Shown piece after piece: positions 1-9,962 of a DNA stretch of 64,000 bases. The notes beneath the pieces were generated by a model. That model was not told the origin of the DNA and made no database searches. It worked only from the letters and a program-made list of their open reading frames with translations. The position numbers and the translations under genes are program-made. The DNA is from Pirellulales bacterium (lineage in GTDB: Bacteria > Planctomycetota > Planctomycetia > Pirellulales > PALSA-1355): NCBI GenBank assembly GCA_963733035.1, contig CAVTBU010000005.1:2720001-2784000 (forward strand), given 5' to 3'. Numbering within the stretch: the first letter of the stretch is position 1; the number at the start of each line of letters is the position of its first letter.

Positions 1-710
1 ACACATTGAGCGGCCGCCTCGGGTGTCGTGTAGCGATGCGGCGTGAGTTTGCCGCGGGCCGTTTCGACCATGATGCCCAGCCGATCGCCGTACGCGCGAT
101 ACTGTTCGACGGGCATCCCGATCCACGCGTCCACCATCCCCAGCGGCAGGAAGATCGCTTCCCGCACATACTCAGAGAACGGGCGACCGTCCACGCGACG
201 TACGATCTCGCCCAGGATGTACCAACTTGTGTATGGGTGATAGCCGGCCTTTTTGCCGGGCGCCCAACCGGGCTCGGGTTCTGCCTGGCAGATGCGCGCG
301 ATAATCTCGTCCCAAGACGAATTGGGCCACCCAATAGTAACGTTGCGAAACCCGGCCGTGTGGGTGAGCAGATGCCAAATGGTAATTGCACGTTTGCCAT
401 GAGCGGCGAACTCGGGAATGTGCCGGGCCACGGGGTCGTCCAGCGTCAGGAGGCCCCGCTCGGCAAGCTGCAGAATCGCCGCCGCGGCCACCGGTTTGCC
501 GGACGACATCCACAGCATGAGCGTCTCGGCCGTCATGGGGACGCCCGGCCGAGCCTCGCCTTGGCCAAAATCCGCAACGATCTGCCGGCCTAGCGCCACA
601 TAGACTTGTGCCCCGATATGCAGCCCGACTTGCATTCCATCTTCGATCAGCGCAAAGGCCTGCGGTAGAGCCTCTTCGGGCGTTTGGACGGGCGGAATCA
701 AACTGCACAT
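1..710 (-). CDS. Serine hydrolase, beta-lactamase family (3' end runs off the window)
   Basis: Manual translation (absent from ORF track): MCSLIPPVQTPEEALPQAF...LWMSSGKPV (SxxK)...LTLDDPVARHIPEF...WHLLTHTAGF. An alternative in-frame ATG lies at 722. Confidence 0.85.
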   Translation of the reverse strand, partial: MCSLIPPVQTPEEALPQAFALIEDGMQVGLHIGAQVYVALGRQIVADFGQGEARPGVPMTAETLMLWMSSGKPVAAAAILQLAERGLLTLDDPVARHIPEFAAHGKRAITIWHLLTHTAGFRNVTIGWPNSSWDEIIARICQAEPEPGWAPGKKAGYHPYTSWYILGEIVRRVDGRPFSEYVREAIFLPLGMVDAWIGMPVEQYRAYGDRLGIMVETARGKLTPHRYTTPEAAAQC

Positions 711-911
711 GATGGTGCCCATCCTAGCAATCAATTCGCGGCAGCGGGACAGCCAAACCAAACGCCACTGCCGGGCCATCTGCGGACGTCACCTTCCGAT
801 TGCCGCCTGCTCGGCGGGGTGGTATTCTTGGCAGATTCGTTTCTATTGGGTCCGGCCCAACCGGCGTAACACGGTTGTGTGGCCCGAACGTACTTGAGAA
901 ATCAGCCAGCC

Positions 912-1049
912 ATGAGAACCCGTCCGCATAGCAAGTTCGTACAGAGTCTAAAGGCCCGCCGCTGCCCGAAGTGCGGAGGCGCCGTAAATCCCCAGCGTAA
1001 GCGCTGCAAGCGCTGCAGCGGCGAGTTGAAAATCCGGCCGAAGAAGTAG
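912..1049 (+). CDS. Small basic Zn-ribbon protein, 45 aa (C-x2-C-x10-C-x2-C), eL40-like
   Basis: Manual translation MRTRPHSKFVQSLKARRCPKCGGAVNPQRKRCKRCSGELKIRPKK*. Lies in an otherwise intergenic gap and is below the ORF-track size cutoff. Confidence 0.7.
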   Translation: MRTRPHSKFVQSLKARRCPKCGGAVNPQRKRCKRCSGELKIRPKK

Positions 1050-1225
1050 GGTGCCGGTCAACTGTGACGCAACCCATTGTCGGATAGTCCGTTACGCAGC
1101 AGGTAGGGGTTCGCGGCTCGCATTGCCCGCTAGACCACAAACCCTTATACTTTAACTGGTTACGATTTCCCTCACCGTCTCCCTTCCAGTCGGGTGCGCC
1201 TCGCAGCCTCGCCCTATTATCCGCC

Positions 1226-2269
1226 ATGGCCCACAACCGGCAGTTCATTCCGCTGGCTCAGGCCCGGGCACCGTTCTTTGTGGGCGTGGATGTCGGGGGA
1301 ACGAACATCAAGGTTGGCGTGGTCGATGATGAGGGGTGCCCGCTCAGCTGGACGAGCTTTGCCACCGAGGTCGAGCGCGGGCCACAAGACGCCGTCGGAC
1401 GGATGGCGGCGGCTGTGGAGCGCGCGATGGGTGAGGCCGGGATTGAAAAATCGGCAATTGCCCGCGTCGGACTCGGTACGCCCGGCACGATGGACGTGGC
1501 AGCGGGAATTCTGCTGACGCCGGGCAACCTGCCAGGCTGGTGGAATTTTCCGATTAAGAGCGCGCTGGCCAAGGCTTGTGGTTTGCCGGTCACGTTCGCC
1601 AACGACGTGCGCAGCGCGGCCTACGGCGAATATTGGGCCGGTAGCGGCCGGATGTTTCACAGCATGGTGCTGTTTACACTCGGCACCGGGGTCGGGGGCG
1701 GCATCGTCATCGGCGATCTGTTGGTCGAGGGCGAACACAGCGCCGGATCGGAGTTGGGACATTTGATCATCGACTGCAATGATGACGCTCGAGTCTGCTC
1801 CTGTGGCCAGCGCGGCCATATCGAGGCTTACGCCAGCGCGCCCTCGGTGGTCAAACGAACCGAAGAACTGCTTGAGACAGGGCCGCCAAGCTCGCTCCGC
1901 GCGCGAATCAACGCAGGTGAAGAACTTACGGCCTTGATGATTGACGAGGAAGCAGAACGGGGTGATGCGCTGTCGCTCAAAATCATCCTGGAAACGGCGC
2001 GCTACTTGGGTATCGGCATCGTGTCAGCCATGCACGCCATCGACCCAAATGGGGTCGTGATTGGCGGCGCGATGACCTTTGGCGAGCACGAAACGCACTC
2101 CGGCCGAATGTTCCTCGAACGCGTAAAACAAGAGGTAAAGGCCCGCGCCCTGCCAACACTGGCTCAACGGACGACGATCGACTTCGCTCGACTTGGCGGC
2201 GACGCCGGCTTCGTCGGAGCCGCCGGCCTGGCCCGCCGCGATTATTTGCGACAGGCACCCGCAACCTAG
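1226..2269 (+). CDS. ROK family sugar kinase (glucokinase-like)
   Basis: GVDVGGTNIK, FANDV, TLGTGVGGG, ELGH, CSCGQRGHIEAYAS motifs. Confidence 0.93.
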   Translation: MAHNRQFIPLAQARAPFFVGVDVGGTNIKVGVVDDEGCPLSWTSFATEVERGPQDAVGRMAAAVERAMGEAGIEKSAIARVGLGTPGTMDVAAGILLTPGNLPGWWNFPIKSALAKACGLPVTFANDVRSAAYGEYWAGSGRMFHSMVLFTLGTGVGGGIVIGDLLVEGEHSAGSELGHLIIDCNDDARVCSCGQRGHIEAYASAPSVVKRTEELLETGPPSSLRARINAGEELTALMIDEEAERGDALSLKIILETARYLGIGIVSAMHAIDPNGVVIGGAMTFGEHETHSGRMFLERVKQEVKARALPTLAQRTTIDFARLGGDAGFVGAAGLARRDYLRQAPAT

Positions 2270-2356
2270 GCTTCAAGCGCCCGGCGGTAGCCCTCCGCCT
2301 TTGGCACGATCCACCAGCGACGACCGCGACCTACACCACGGCATATTACAAACTTC

Positions 2357-4171
2357 ATGCCTCCCATCGACTGCCAACACATACGCAACTTCTCGATCAT
2401 CGCCCACATCGATCACGGCAAGAGTACGCTTGCCGATCGGATGCTCGAGAAAACCGGCACACTCCAAAAGCGTGAGCTCCGCGACCAAACACTGGACGAC
2501 ATGGCGGTGGAGCGCGAGCGAGGCATTACGATCAAGGCCCGCGCCGTGGCCATGCGCTTTCGGCACAAAAACGAGGACTACGAGCTAAACCTGATCGATA
2601 CGCCGGGGCACGTCGACTTTCAGTACGAAGTTTCGCGCAGCCTGGCCTGCTGCGAAGGGGCCGTGCTACTGGCCGACGCGTTCCAGGGCGTCGAAGCCCA
2701 AACCGTGGCCAACGCGTTTGCCGCGATGGAGCACGACCTGACGATCGTGCCGGTGCTCAACAAAATCGACCTGAAGCACGCCCGGCCCGAGGAAGTCATC
2801 GCCGAAATGGAATCGGTGCTGGCGATCGACCCAGACGACGTACTCAAGTGCAGCGGCAAATCGGGCGAAGGGGTCGAAGACCTGTTGCACGCAATCGTCG
2901 AACGTGTGCCGCCGCCGCAGGGCGACCCCGGCGCCGCGCTGCAGGCGATGGTTTTCGACAGCCACTACGATGAATTCCGCGGCGCTATCACCTACGTGCG
3001 TATCATGAACGGCACCGTGCGCAAGGGGCAGAAAATCCGCTTCATCAAGGCCGGTACGACCCACGATGTGCTCGAACTCGGCCAGTTTGCGCCTCACCGT
3101 CGCCCTTGCGACGAATTGCGGGCCGGCCAAGTGGGCTACCTGATCTGCAATATCAAGGCGCTCGGCCAGGTTCACGTCGGCGACACCGTCACCATTGCCG
3201 GCGAAGCCGGCGCGGCGCCGCTCCCCGGTTACCGTCCGCCGCAGCGGATGGTCTACTGCGGTCTCTATCCGTCGGACGGGCAGGACTTCGAGGAGCTGCG
3301 CGAGGCCCTGAACAAGCTTTCCATCAACGATCCCAGTTTCGAGTTTGAGCCGGAAACCAGCGATGCGCTCGGCTTCGGCTTTCGCTGTGGCTTCCTGGGC
3401 TTGTTGCACATGGAAATCATCCAGCAGCGCCTCGAAGGCGAGGCAGACCTCGACCTGGTGCAGACCGCCCCGAACGTCACCTACGAGATTCTCACCAAGA
3501 ACGGCGAAACGCTCTACATCCACAACCCGCAAAAAGTCCCCGACGCCGGACTGATCGAGGAATTCCGCCAGCCGCTGGTGAAGGTGAATTTCGTGCTGCC
3601 GACCGACTCGATTGGACCGGTGATGCAGTTGTGCACCGACCGCCGCGGAGAGTACGTGCGGACCGAATATCTTTCGCCAACGCGTGCCATGCTCACGTTC
3701 AATCTGCCGTTGGCCGATGTGATCTACGACTTGCACGACAAACTGAAGAGCGTGACACGCGGATACGGCACGATGGACTACGAACTGATTGGCTACTTCC
3801 CCGCCGATTTGGTCAAGCTCGACATCCTGGTGGGCGGCAAGCGAGTCGACGCGCTAAGCATTATCTGCGATCGCCGCGACGCCGACCGCCGCGGGCGAGC
3901 GATCGTCAAGAAGCTACGCACCGAGATCGACCGCCATATGTTCGAAATCGCTTTGCAAGCTGCCATCGGCACGCGGGTAATCGCGCGCGAAACGATTTCC
4001 GCCATGCGCAAGAACGTGACGGCCAAGTGCTACGGCGGCGATATCAGTCGCAAGCGCAAACTGTGGGCCAAGCAAAAGGAAGGCAAGAAGCGGATGAAAT
4101 CGATCGGCAGCGTCGACATTCCGCAGAAGGCGTTCATGGCCGTGCTCGATACGAGCGCCGAAAAATCGTAA
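2357..4171 (+). CDS. lepA: Elongation factor 4 (LepA)
   Basis: IRNFSIIAHIDHGKSTLADR, ERERGITIK, GFRCGFLGLLH, KNVTAKCYGGDISRKRKL. Confidence 0.99.
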   Translation: MPPIDCQHIRNFSIIAHIDHGKSTLADRMLEKTGTLQKRELRDQTLDDMAVERERGITIKARAVAMRFRHKNEDYELNLIDTPGHVDFQYEVSRSLACCEGAVLLADAFQGVEAQTVANAFAAMEHDLTIVPVLNKIDLKHARPEEVIAEMESVLAIDPDDVLKCSGKSGEGVEDLLHAIVERVPPPQGDPGAALQAMVFDSHYDEFRGAITYVRIMNGTVRKGQKIRFIKAGTTHDVLELGQFAPHRRPCDELRAGQVGYLICNIKALGQVHVGDTVTIAGEAGAAPLPGYRPPQRMVYCGLYPSDGQDFEELREALNKLSINDPSFEFEPETSDALGFGFRCGFLGLLHMEIIQQRLEGEADLDLVQTAPNVTYEILTKNGETLYIHNPQKVPDAGLIEEFRQPLVKVNFVLPTDSIGPVMQLCTDRRGEYVRTEYLSPTRAMLTFNLPLADVIYDLHDKLKSVTRGYGTMDYELIGYFPADLVKLDILVGGKRVDALSIICDRRDADRRGRAIVKKLRTEIDRHMFEIALQAAIGTRVIARETISAMRKNVTAKCYGGDISRKRKLWAKQKEGKKRMKSIGSVDIPQKAFMAVLDTSAEKS

Positions 4172-4185
4172 CCCCGAGCGGATCG

Positions 4186-5460
4186 ATGTCCCGCTTCCAC
4201 ACGCTAACGCCGCCAGTTCACGCTCGCCACTGTGCGGTTCGCGGCGTCATTCGCGCGATGGTCGGCCTTGCACTGGGCGCTATCATGGTCAACACCTGGC
4301 TCTTGGGCGGGCTGGTCGTGCCGGCGATTGTCCGCGGCGGCTCGATGGCGCCCACACTGCTGGGAACGCACCTGCAATGGACCTGCGATGGATGCAACCT
4401 CAAGTTTGCCTGCGACGTCGCGTCGCTGCCGTCCGCCAATTGCCCGGCCATATGCCCGCACTGCGGCCACGGAAACGACGTCGATCGGGGAGTGGTCAAA
4501 CCGGGGCAGCGAGTGCTGATCAATCGTTCCGCCTTCGGTCTACGCAAACCGCGCCGCTGGGAAACCGTGGTGCTGCGGTCGCCGGACGAGCCCGAAATGC
4601 TGTGCATCAAACGCATTGTTGGGTTGCCGGGTGAAGTAGTGGAAATTCGCGACGGCGATGTCGTTATCGACGGCCGCGTCGCGAAAAAACAGCCGCGAAT
4701 GCAAGCCGAACTCGCCGTGGCCGTGGCCGATGAAAAAATCGCCCAGCGGCGATGGAGACCCGAGCAAAGTGGCGCCTGGATCTGGCGTGACGGCTGGTGT
4801 GAACACGTCAACGGCAAACCCGGCGTAATCGACTGGTTGGTCTACCACCACGTCGAGCCCACGGCGGAAAGCAACGGGAGCGAACCACCGATCCTCGACG
4901 GCAGTCCGTACGACCAGGCGGAATCTCGCCGGCTCAATTCCGTGCCCGATGTATTGTTGCGCTTCGAGGTTCAGGGATCCGCCGACGGAATCTGTTATTT
5001 GCGCGCTTGTGTGTGCGGCGACGATTTTCGTATCGCGTTGCCGCTCGGTGGCGGCGTGGCCAGCCTTTCGCGCAATGGCACTCGCGTGCATGCGGCTCGG
5101 CTACCCGGCGGACATCAGGACTTGCCGCCTGTCGCATTGCTCGTCAGCGACCATCGTCTAGAGCTTTCCCTGGCCAGTCGCCTGGTCATGCGGTACGACT
5201 TCGAGCCGACAGCGGCCGAGGACGCGAGAACTCACCTTGCCTGCGGCACCTCCGATCGTGCCGTTCGCGTGGGCAAATTCGCGCTGCATCGCGATGTCTA
5301 CTACACCCGTGCCCCCGGCGGCCCAAGCCAATATCGCCTTGGTCCCGACGAATACTTTGTCTTGGGAGACAATAGTCCCCATTCAGTCGACAGCCGCACG
5401 TGGGCCTCCCGGGGAGGAGTTTCGGCCGCAATGTTGTTGGGACCCGCGCTGGCTTGGTAG
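4186..5460 (+). CDS. lepB: Signal peptidase I paralog 1 (divergent, with CxxC insertion)
   Basis: TM segment, GGSMAPTL (catalytic Ser), IKRIVGLPGE (Lys), YFVLGDNSPHSVDSR. Start taken at ATG 4186 just after the lepA stop. Confidence 0.88.
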   Translation: MSRFHTLTPPVHARHCAVRGVIRAMVGLALGAIMVNTWLLGGLVVPAIVRGGSMAPTLLGTHLQWTCDGCNLKFACDVASLPSANCPAICPHCGHGNDVDRGVVKPGQRVLINRSAFGLRKPRRWETVVLRSPDEPEMLCIKRIVGLPGEVVEIRDGDVVIDGRVAKKQPRMQAELAVAVADEKIAQRRWRPEQSGAWIWRDGWCEHVNGKPGVIDWLVYHHVEPTAESNGSEPPILDGSPYDQAESRRLNSVPDVLLRFEVQGSADGICYLRACVCGDDFRIALPLGGGVASLSRNGTRVHAARLPGGHQDLPPVALLVSDHRLELSLASRLVMRYDFEPTAAEDARTHLACGTSDRAVRVGKFALHRDVYYTRAPGGPSQYRLGPDEYFVLGDNSPHSVDSRTWASRGGVSAAMLLGPALAW

Positions 5461-5511
5461 GGTAGAACTCGAGCCATTGATCCGCGAACGTCACCGGAAC
5501 GACGAACGAAC

Positions 5512-7257
5512 ATGAACAAGAAAAAAGCGACTAACCGTGGCGACACTTTAGCCTCAGGCGTTGCGTCGTCGACCGGACCATCGTGGATGACGCCCCGCGC
5601 GATTCGCGAGACGATTGAATCCGTGGCGGTGGCATTCATCTTGGCGTTCTTGTTTCGTACGTTCGAAGCCGAAGCGTTCGTTATTCCCACCGGCTCGATG
5701 GCTCCCACGCTGATGGGCGCGCATAAGGATCTGGCATGCCCCGAGTGCGGCTACCAGTACGCCGCGGGAGCCAGCGGTGAAGAAGATCAGATGGCCCAAC
5801 AAATGGGACGCGTGCGGCCGGGCATTCCGGTCGAGGAAGCGTGCTGCCCGATGTGTCGCTACTTTGCCAATGTCGGCCCACGCAGCGACCATCCGACCTA
5901 CGGCGGTGATCGCATCCTGGTGAGCAAGTTCACGTACGACTTCTCCGAACCCGAGCGATGGGACGTCGTCGTGTTCAAGAATCCGTCGGAAGCGCAGACG
6001 AACTTCATCAAGCGCTGCGTCGGCCTGCCGAATGAAACGATTCGCATCTATCACGGCGACCTGTACGTGAAATCGCCGGAGGCGGAAAGGTTTGCACTGA
6101 CGCGCCGACGGCCCAATGAACTGCGCGCGATGGCGCAGATCGTGTACGACAACGACTATGTCGTCGATGCCATGACCGAAGCCGGCTGGCCGCTTCGTTG
6201 GCAAGCCTGGCCACTGCCGTCGGTGGTGAAAGACACAAGCTGGAAGAGCCCCGACGGAGGACGCTCTTTTGCCACCACCGGCTCGCGGCAAGAGCAGTGG
6301 ATTCGCTATCAGCATTTTGTACCGTCGCTCGCGGACTGGCGCGCGCTGGATCGCGGCCGCGTGCCGGCCAACCGGCAGATCAAGCCGCTGCTGGTCACCG
6401 ACTTCTATGCGTACAACACGAGTGTCGACCGCGGCAGATCGGCCGACGAACCCCGTATGCTCGGCATGCATTGGGTAGGCGATCTGATGCTGGACTGCGA
6501 ACTACAGTCCTCCGACGGCAAAGGCACGGCCCTGTTGGATCTCGTCAAAGGAGGCCGGCACTTCCGCTGCGCGATCGATTGCGAAACGGGTGAAGCAACA
6601 CTTTCGATCGACGGCCTCGATGGTTTTCAACCCAAGGCCCAAACCGCCGTTCGTGGCATCGGTTCGCACGACGTTACGTTTGCCAACATCGACCGCCAGC
6701 TTTGGCTGTGGATCGATGGGTCGGTCGTGTCGTTCGATCCCAAAACGCATGCCGCGGACTACCCGCCGCTCGACAACGAAACGCCGCAATCGACCGCCGA
6801 GGATCCGCTCGACCTGGCGCCTGCCGGAGTTGGTTCGCGCGGCGCCGGGCTGACCGTCCGGCATCTGCGGCTGTGGCGCGATCTATACTATGTGGCCGCC
6901 CGCTCCGGACCGCTGGCCGACTACGATCGCCATGGCACGCCCGCCACGATGAGCTACGACCAGTTGTACACGTTTTGGTCGAGCCCCGAGCTTTGGGGCC
7001 CAGGTGGCGGGAATCCTTTCGACCAGCGCCGGGCGGAAAACTTTCCACTCAGTGCCGACCAATTTTTCATGTTGGGCGACAACAGCCCCGCCAGCTCCGA
7101 CGCCCGGCTCTGGAACGGCGAGAAATACGTCGAGCGGAATCTGCTCATCGGCAAAGCCCTACTCATCTTTTGGCCGCACACTTTTCACAGAATTCCGGGC
7201 ACGGGCATCCCGTTCCCGTTCTTTCCGAACTTCGCCCGCATGGGCTTCATCCGGTAG
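5512..7257 (+). CDS. lepB: Signal peptidase I paralog 2
   Basis: EAFVIPTGSMAPTL, FIKRCVGLPNE, FFMLGDNSPASSDAR; CPEC...CPMC insertion. Confidence 0.93.
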   Translation: MNKKKATNRGDTLASGVASSTGPSWMTPRAIRETIESVAVAFILAFLFRTFEAEAFVIPTGSMAPTLMGAHKDLACPECGYQYAAGASGEEDQMAQQMGRVRPGIPVEEACCPMCRYFANVGPRSDHPTYGGDRILVSKFTYDFSEPERWDVVVFKNPSEAQTNFIKRCVGLPNETIRIYHGDLYVKSPEAERFALTRRRPNELRAMAQIVYDNDYVVDAMTEAGWPLRWQAWPLPSVVKDTSWKSPDGGRSFATTGSRQEQWIRYQHFVPSLADWRALDRGRVPANRQIKPLLVTDFYAYNTSVDRGRSADEPRMLGMHWVGDLMLDCELQSSDGKGTALLDLVKGGRHFRCAIDCETGEATLSIDGLDGFQPKAQTAVRGIGSHDVTFANIDRQLWLWIDGSVVSFDPKTHAADYPPLDNETPQSTAEDPLDLAPAGVGSRGAGLTVRHLRLWRDLYYVAARSGPLADYDRHGTPATMSYDQLYTFWSSPELWGPGGGNPFDQRRAENFPLSADQFFMLGDNSPASSDARLWNGEKYVERNLLIGKALLIFWPHTFHRIPGTGIPFPFFPNFARMGFIR

Positions 7258-7268
7258 AATTGAGAGTT

Positions 7269-9011
7269 ATGGCAACCTCCTCCCCCACCACACCGCGTGC
7301 TAGCATCCCTGGCGCGCCGTCGTCGCCAAGCTACTTTTCGCGTGGCATGCGCGAGACGATTGAATCGGTCGCCATCGCACTGGCCCTGGCGTTTCTGTTC
7401 AAAACGTTCGAGGCCGAGGCGTTTGTCATTCCCACCGGTTCGATGGCCCCCACGCTGATGGGCCGCCACAAGGACGTCGAATGTCCCCAGTGCGGCTACC
7501 ATTACACGGCCAGCGGGAGCGACGAAGCCGATCGCTACGGCAATGAGCTCAACGACCCCGGCAAGCGAGTCGTGAACTGCACGTGCCCGATTTGCCGCTT
7601 CACAATGTCGATCGAGCCGACCGATCCGGACGCCGAAGGGGCAAACCCCAATCCCAGTTACAGCGGCGACCGAATCTGGGTTAGCAAAGTGGCCTATCAC
7701 TTCACCGATCCGCGTCGCTTTGACGTACTAGTATTTCGCTATCCCGAGGAAGCCGAGACTTACTACATCAAGCGGCTCGTCGGGCTGCCGAATGAAACCG
7801 TAAAGATCTTTCACGGCGACCTGTTCGTTAAAGGAGCCGCGGACGAGCAGTACACAATTGTGCGCAAGCCACCGGAAAAGCTGCTCGCGATGGCCCAGAT
7901 CGTGCACGATAACGACTACGTCAGCCAGGAGTTGATCGAACGCAACTGGCCCACGCGGTGGCAGGAATGGGGTTTCGAGGGTTCCGCGCGCTGGGAAATC
8001 TCCGACGACACGCGCACCTATTCAACCGACGGCAAGCAACCCGGCGATGCCTGGATTCGCTACGAACACACGGTGCCCTCCGAGGACAACTGGTATCGAG
8101 GCGAGTGGCCCCCGAGCTACCAACCTCGACCACAATTGGTCACTGATTTCTATGCGTTCAATACCCGCATCCTGCGAGAAGACCGCGGCCGACAAGCTCC
8201 GCAGACGCTCGGACTGCACTGGGTCGGAGACTTGCTGCTGGATTGCGAGCTCGATGTGAAAGGCAACCAAGGCCTCGTACTGCTCGACGTGGTCAAAGGC
8301 GGCAAGCACTTCGGCTGCCAGATTGACGTCGCCACCGGCAAGGCGACGCTCTCCATCGACGGCATTTCGGACTGGCAACCGGCGGCCGAGACGCCGGTAC
8401 GTGGCCCAGGCACGCATCAGGTTACCTTCGCCAATGCCGATCGCCAGCTCGTCCTGTGGGTCGATGGCACGCCAATTCAGTTCGACCGAGACACGACCTA
8501 CGAAGATCTGGGCAACGACCGGCCGCAGTCGACCGCCGACGACCCTGGCGATTTGGCTCCCTTGGGCATCGGCTCGCGTGGCGTTGCCATGGACGTCCGG
8601 CACCTCCGCGTGCTGCGCGACATTTACTACATCGCCGACCGCTCGATCTATGGTGGTGGACCAATCAGCGACTACCCCGACCGCAGCTTCATCAACGGGC
8701 TGACGCGCCGCCAGCTGGCTGACTTTTTTGCCTCGCCGCAGCGGTGGATCACCGGCAGCGGTCAAAACGTGTTCGACTCCCGCAAAGCAGAAGTCTTTCC
8801 GCTCGGGGCTGATCAGTTTTTTGTGATGGGGGACAATAGCCCGGCCAGTTCCGACGCGCGTTTGTGGAGCGAGCACTTTGTCGATCGCGAGCTATTGGTC
8901 GGCAAGGCACTGCTCATTTATTGGCCGCATCCACTGCGGGTGTTCGTACCAGGAACCGATGTTGGGCTGGGCATCATACCAAACATTCCTGAGATGGGAC
9001 TCATTCGTTAG
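7269..9011 (+). CDS. lepB: Signal peptidase I paralog 3
   Basis: EAFVIPTGSMAPTL, YIKRLVGLPNE, FFVMGDNSPASSDAR; CPQC...CPIC insertion. Start at ATG 7269. Confidence 0.93.
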   Translation: MATSSPTTPRASIPGAPSSPSYFSRGMRETIESVAIALALAFLFKTFEAEAFVIPTGSMAPTLMGRHKDVECPQCGYHYTASGSDEADRYGNELNDPGKRVVNCTCPICRFTMSIEPTDPDAEGANPNPSYSGDRIWVSKVAYHFTDPRRFDVLVFRYPEEAETYYIKRLVGLPNETVKIFHGDLFVKGAADEQYTIVRKPPEKLLAMAQIVHDNDYVSQELIERNWPTRWQEWGFEGSARWEISDDTRTYSTDGKQPGDAWIRYEHTVPSEDNWYRGEWPPSYQPRPQLVTDFYAFNTRILREDRGRQAPQTLGLHWVGDLLLDCELDVKGNQGLVLLDVVKGGKHFGCQIDVATGKATLSIDGISDWQPAAETPVRGPGTHQVTFANADRQLVLWVDGTPIQFDRDTTYEDLGNDRPQSTADDPGDLAPLGIGSRGVAMDVRHLRVLRDIYYIADRSIYGGGPISDYPDRSFINGLTRRQLADFFASPQRWITGSGQNVFDSRKAEVFPLGADQFFVMGDNSPASSDARLWSEHFVDRELLVGKALLIYWPHPLRVFVPGTDVGLGIIPNIPEMGLIR

Positions 9012-9069
9012 GTCGCCCGGGTTCGTTCGATAGTCGGAATCACAGGGCGAAGGTCAGGAGGACCGAAGC

Positions 9070-9792
9070 ATGGTAGTACTGCAAGCGGCAGGCCTGGTCA
9101 AAACCTATGGCAGGCGGCGCGTCGTCGATGGCGTCAACTTTCAGGTTGAGACCGGCGAGATCGTGGGCCTGCTGGGACCCAATGGCGCCGGTAAGACGAC
9201 CAGCTTTCGCATGACTTGTGGACTCGTCGAGCCCGATTCCGGCCGCGTTACGCTCAACGAGGCCGACGTCACTGCATTGCCCATGTACCTGCGGGCTCAG
9301 CAGGGCATGGGCTACCTGGCGCAAGAGTCGAGCGTATTCCGCAAGCTCACCGTCGAAAACAATCTGCTGGGCGTGATGGAAATGCTCGGCATGGACCGCA
9401 AGGCTCGCAAAAACCGTTGCGCCGAACTGCTCGAACAGTTTGACATCACAAGGCTGAAGAAAAGTCGGGCCGATTCGCTTTCCGGTGGAGAGCGTCGCCG
9501 ACTGGAGATCGCCCGTTGCCTGGTTTCCAACCCCAAGATCATCCTGCTCGATGAGCCCTTCACCGGCATTGATCCGGTGACAATTAACAGCATTCAAAAG
9601 ATCATTCGCGACCTGCGCGACCGAGGCATCTCGATCCTGATCACCGACCACCAGGTCCGTGAAACATTGCAGATCACCGACCGCAGCTACGTGATCCGCG
9701 CCGGCAAGGTGTTATGCCACGGGCATCCCGACGAGGTGTTGCGCAATCCCGAAGCCCGAAAATATTACTTCGGCGAAGGGATGGAGATCTAA
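9070..9792 (+). CDS. lptB: LPS export ABC transporter ATP-binding protein
   Basis: GPNGAGKTT, GYLAQESSVFRKLTV, LSGGERRRLEIAR, LLDEPFTGIDP, ILITDH. Confidence 0.95.
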   Translation: MVVLQAAGLVKTYGRRRVVDGVNFQVETGEIVGLLGPNGAGKTTSFRMTCGLVEPDSGRVTLNEADVTALPMYLRAQQGMGYLAQESSVFRKLTVENNLLGVMEMLGMDRKARKNRCAELLEQFDITRLKKSRADSLSGGERRRLEIARCLVSNPKIILLDEPFTGIDPVTINSIQKIIRDLRDRGISILITDHQVRETLQITDRSYVIRAGKVLCHGHPDEVLRNPEARKYYFGEGMEI

Positions 9793-9809
9793 TATGCCCC
9801 ACCCGCAGT

Positions 9810-9826
9810 TCGGCACGCCGCTTGCT
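9810..9826 (+). promoter_or_regulatory. Putative sigma54 (-24/-12) promoter
   Basis: TCGGCACGCCGCTTGCT matches YTGGCACG-N4-TTGCW with one mismatch and exact GG-N10-GC spacing, ~140 nt upstream of the J-domain gene. Confidence 0.55.
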
Positions 9827-9962
9827 TCTCCTTGCAATTCAGTAAGGTAAGCTTGCGTCGCGGGTTACGGCCGCCAATCCGGCTGGCTTCGCGACCAGCC
9901 GGTACGTACAATGGCATCAGATTGGTCGCATTGCGACCCACGACAATTTCAGGTCAACTGTC

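Noticed and set aside
2301..2318. Sigma54 site upstream of lepA (TTGGCACG)
   Set aside because: The -12 TTGC element is absent at the required spacing.
3631..4185. N-terminal extensions in the ORF track (lepB1, lepB3 from 6702, YhhN from 12175, MTase from 14412, GNAT from 38942)
   Set aside because: They overlap neighbouring genes or lack protein-like character; downstream starts fit better.
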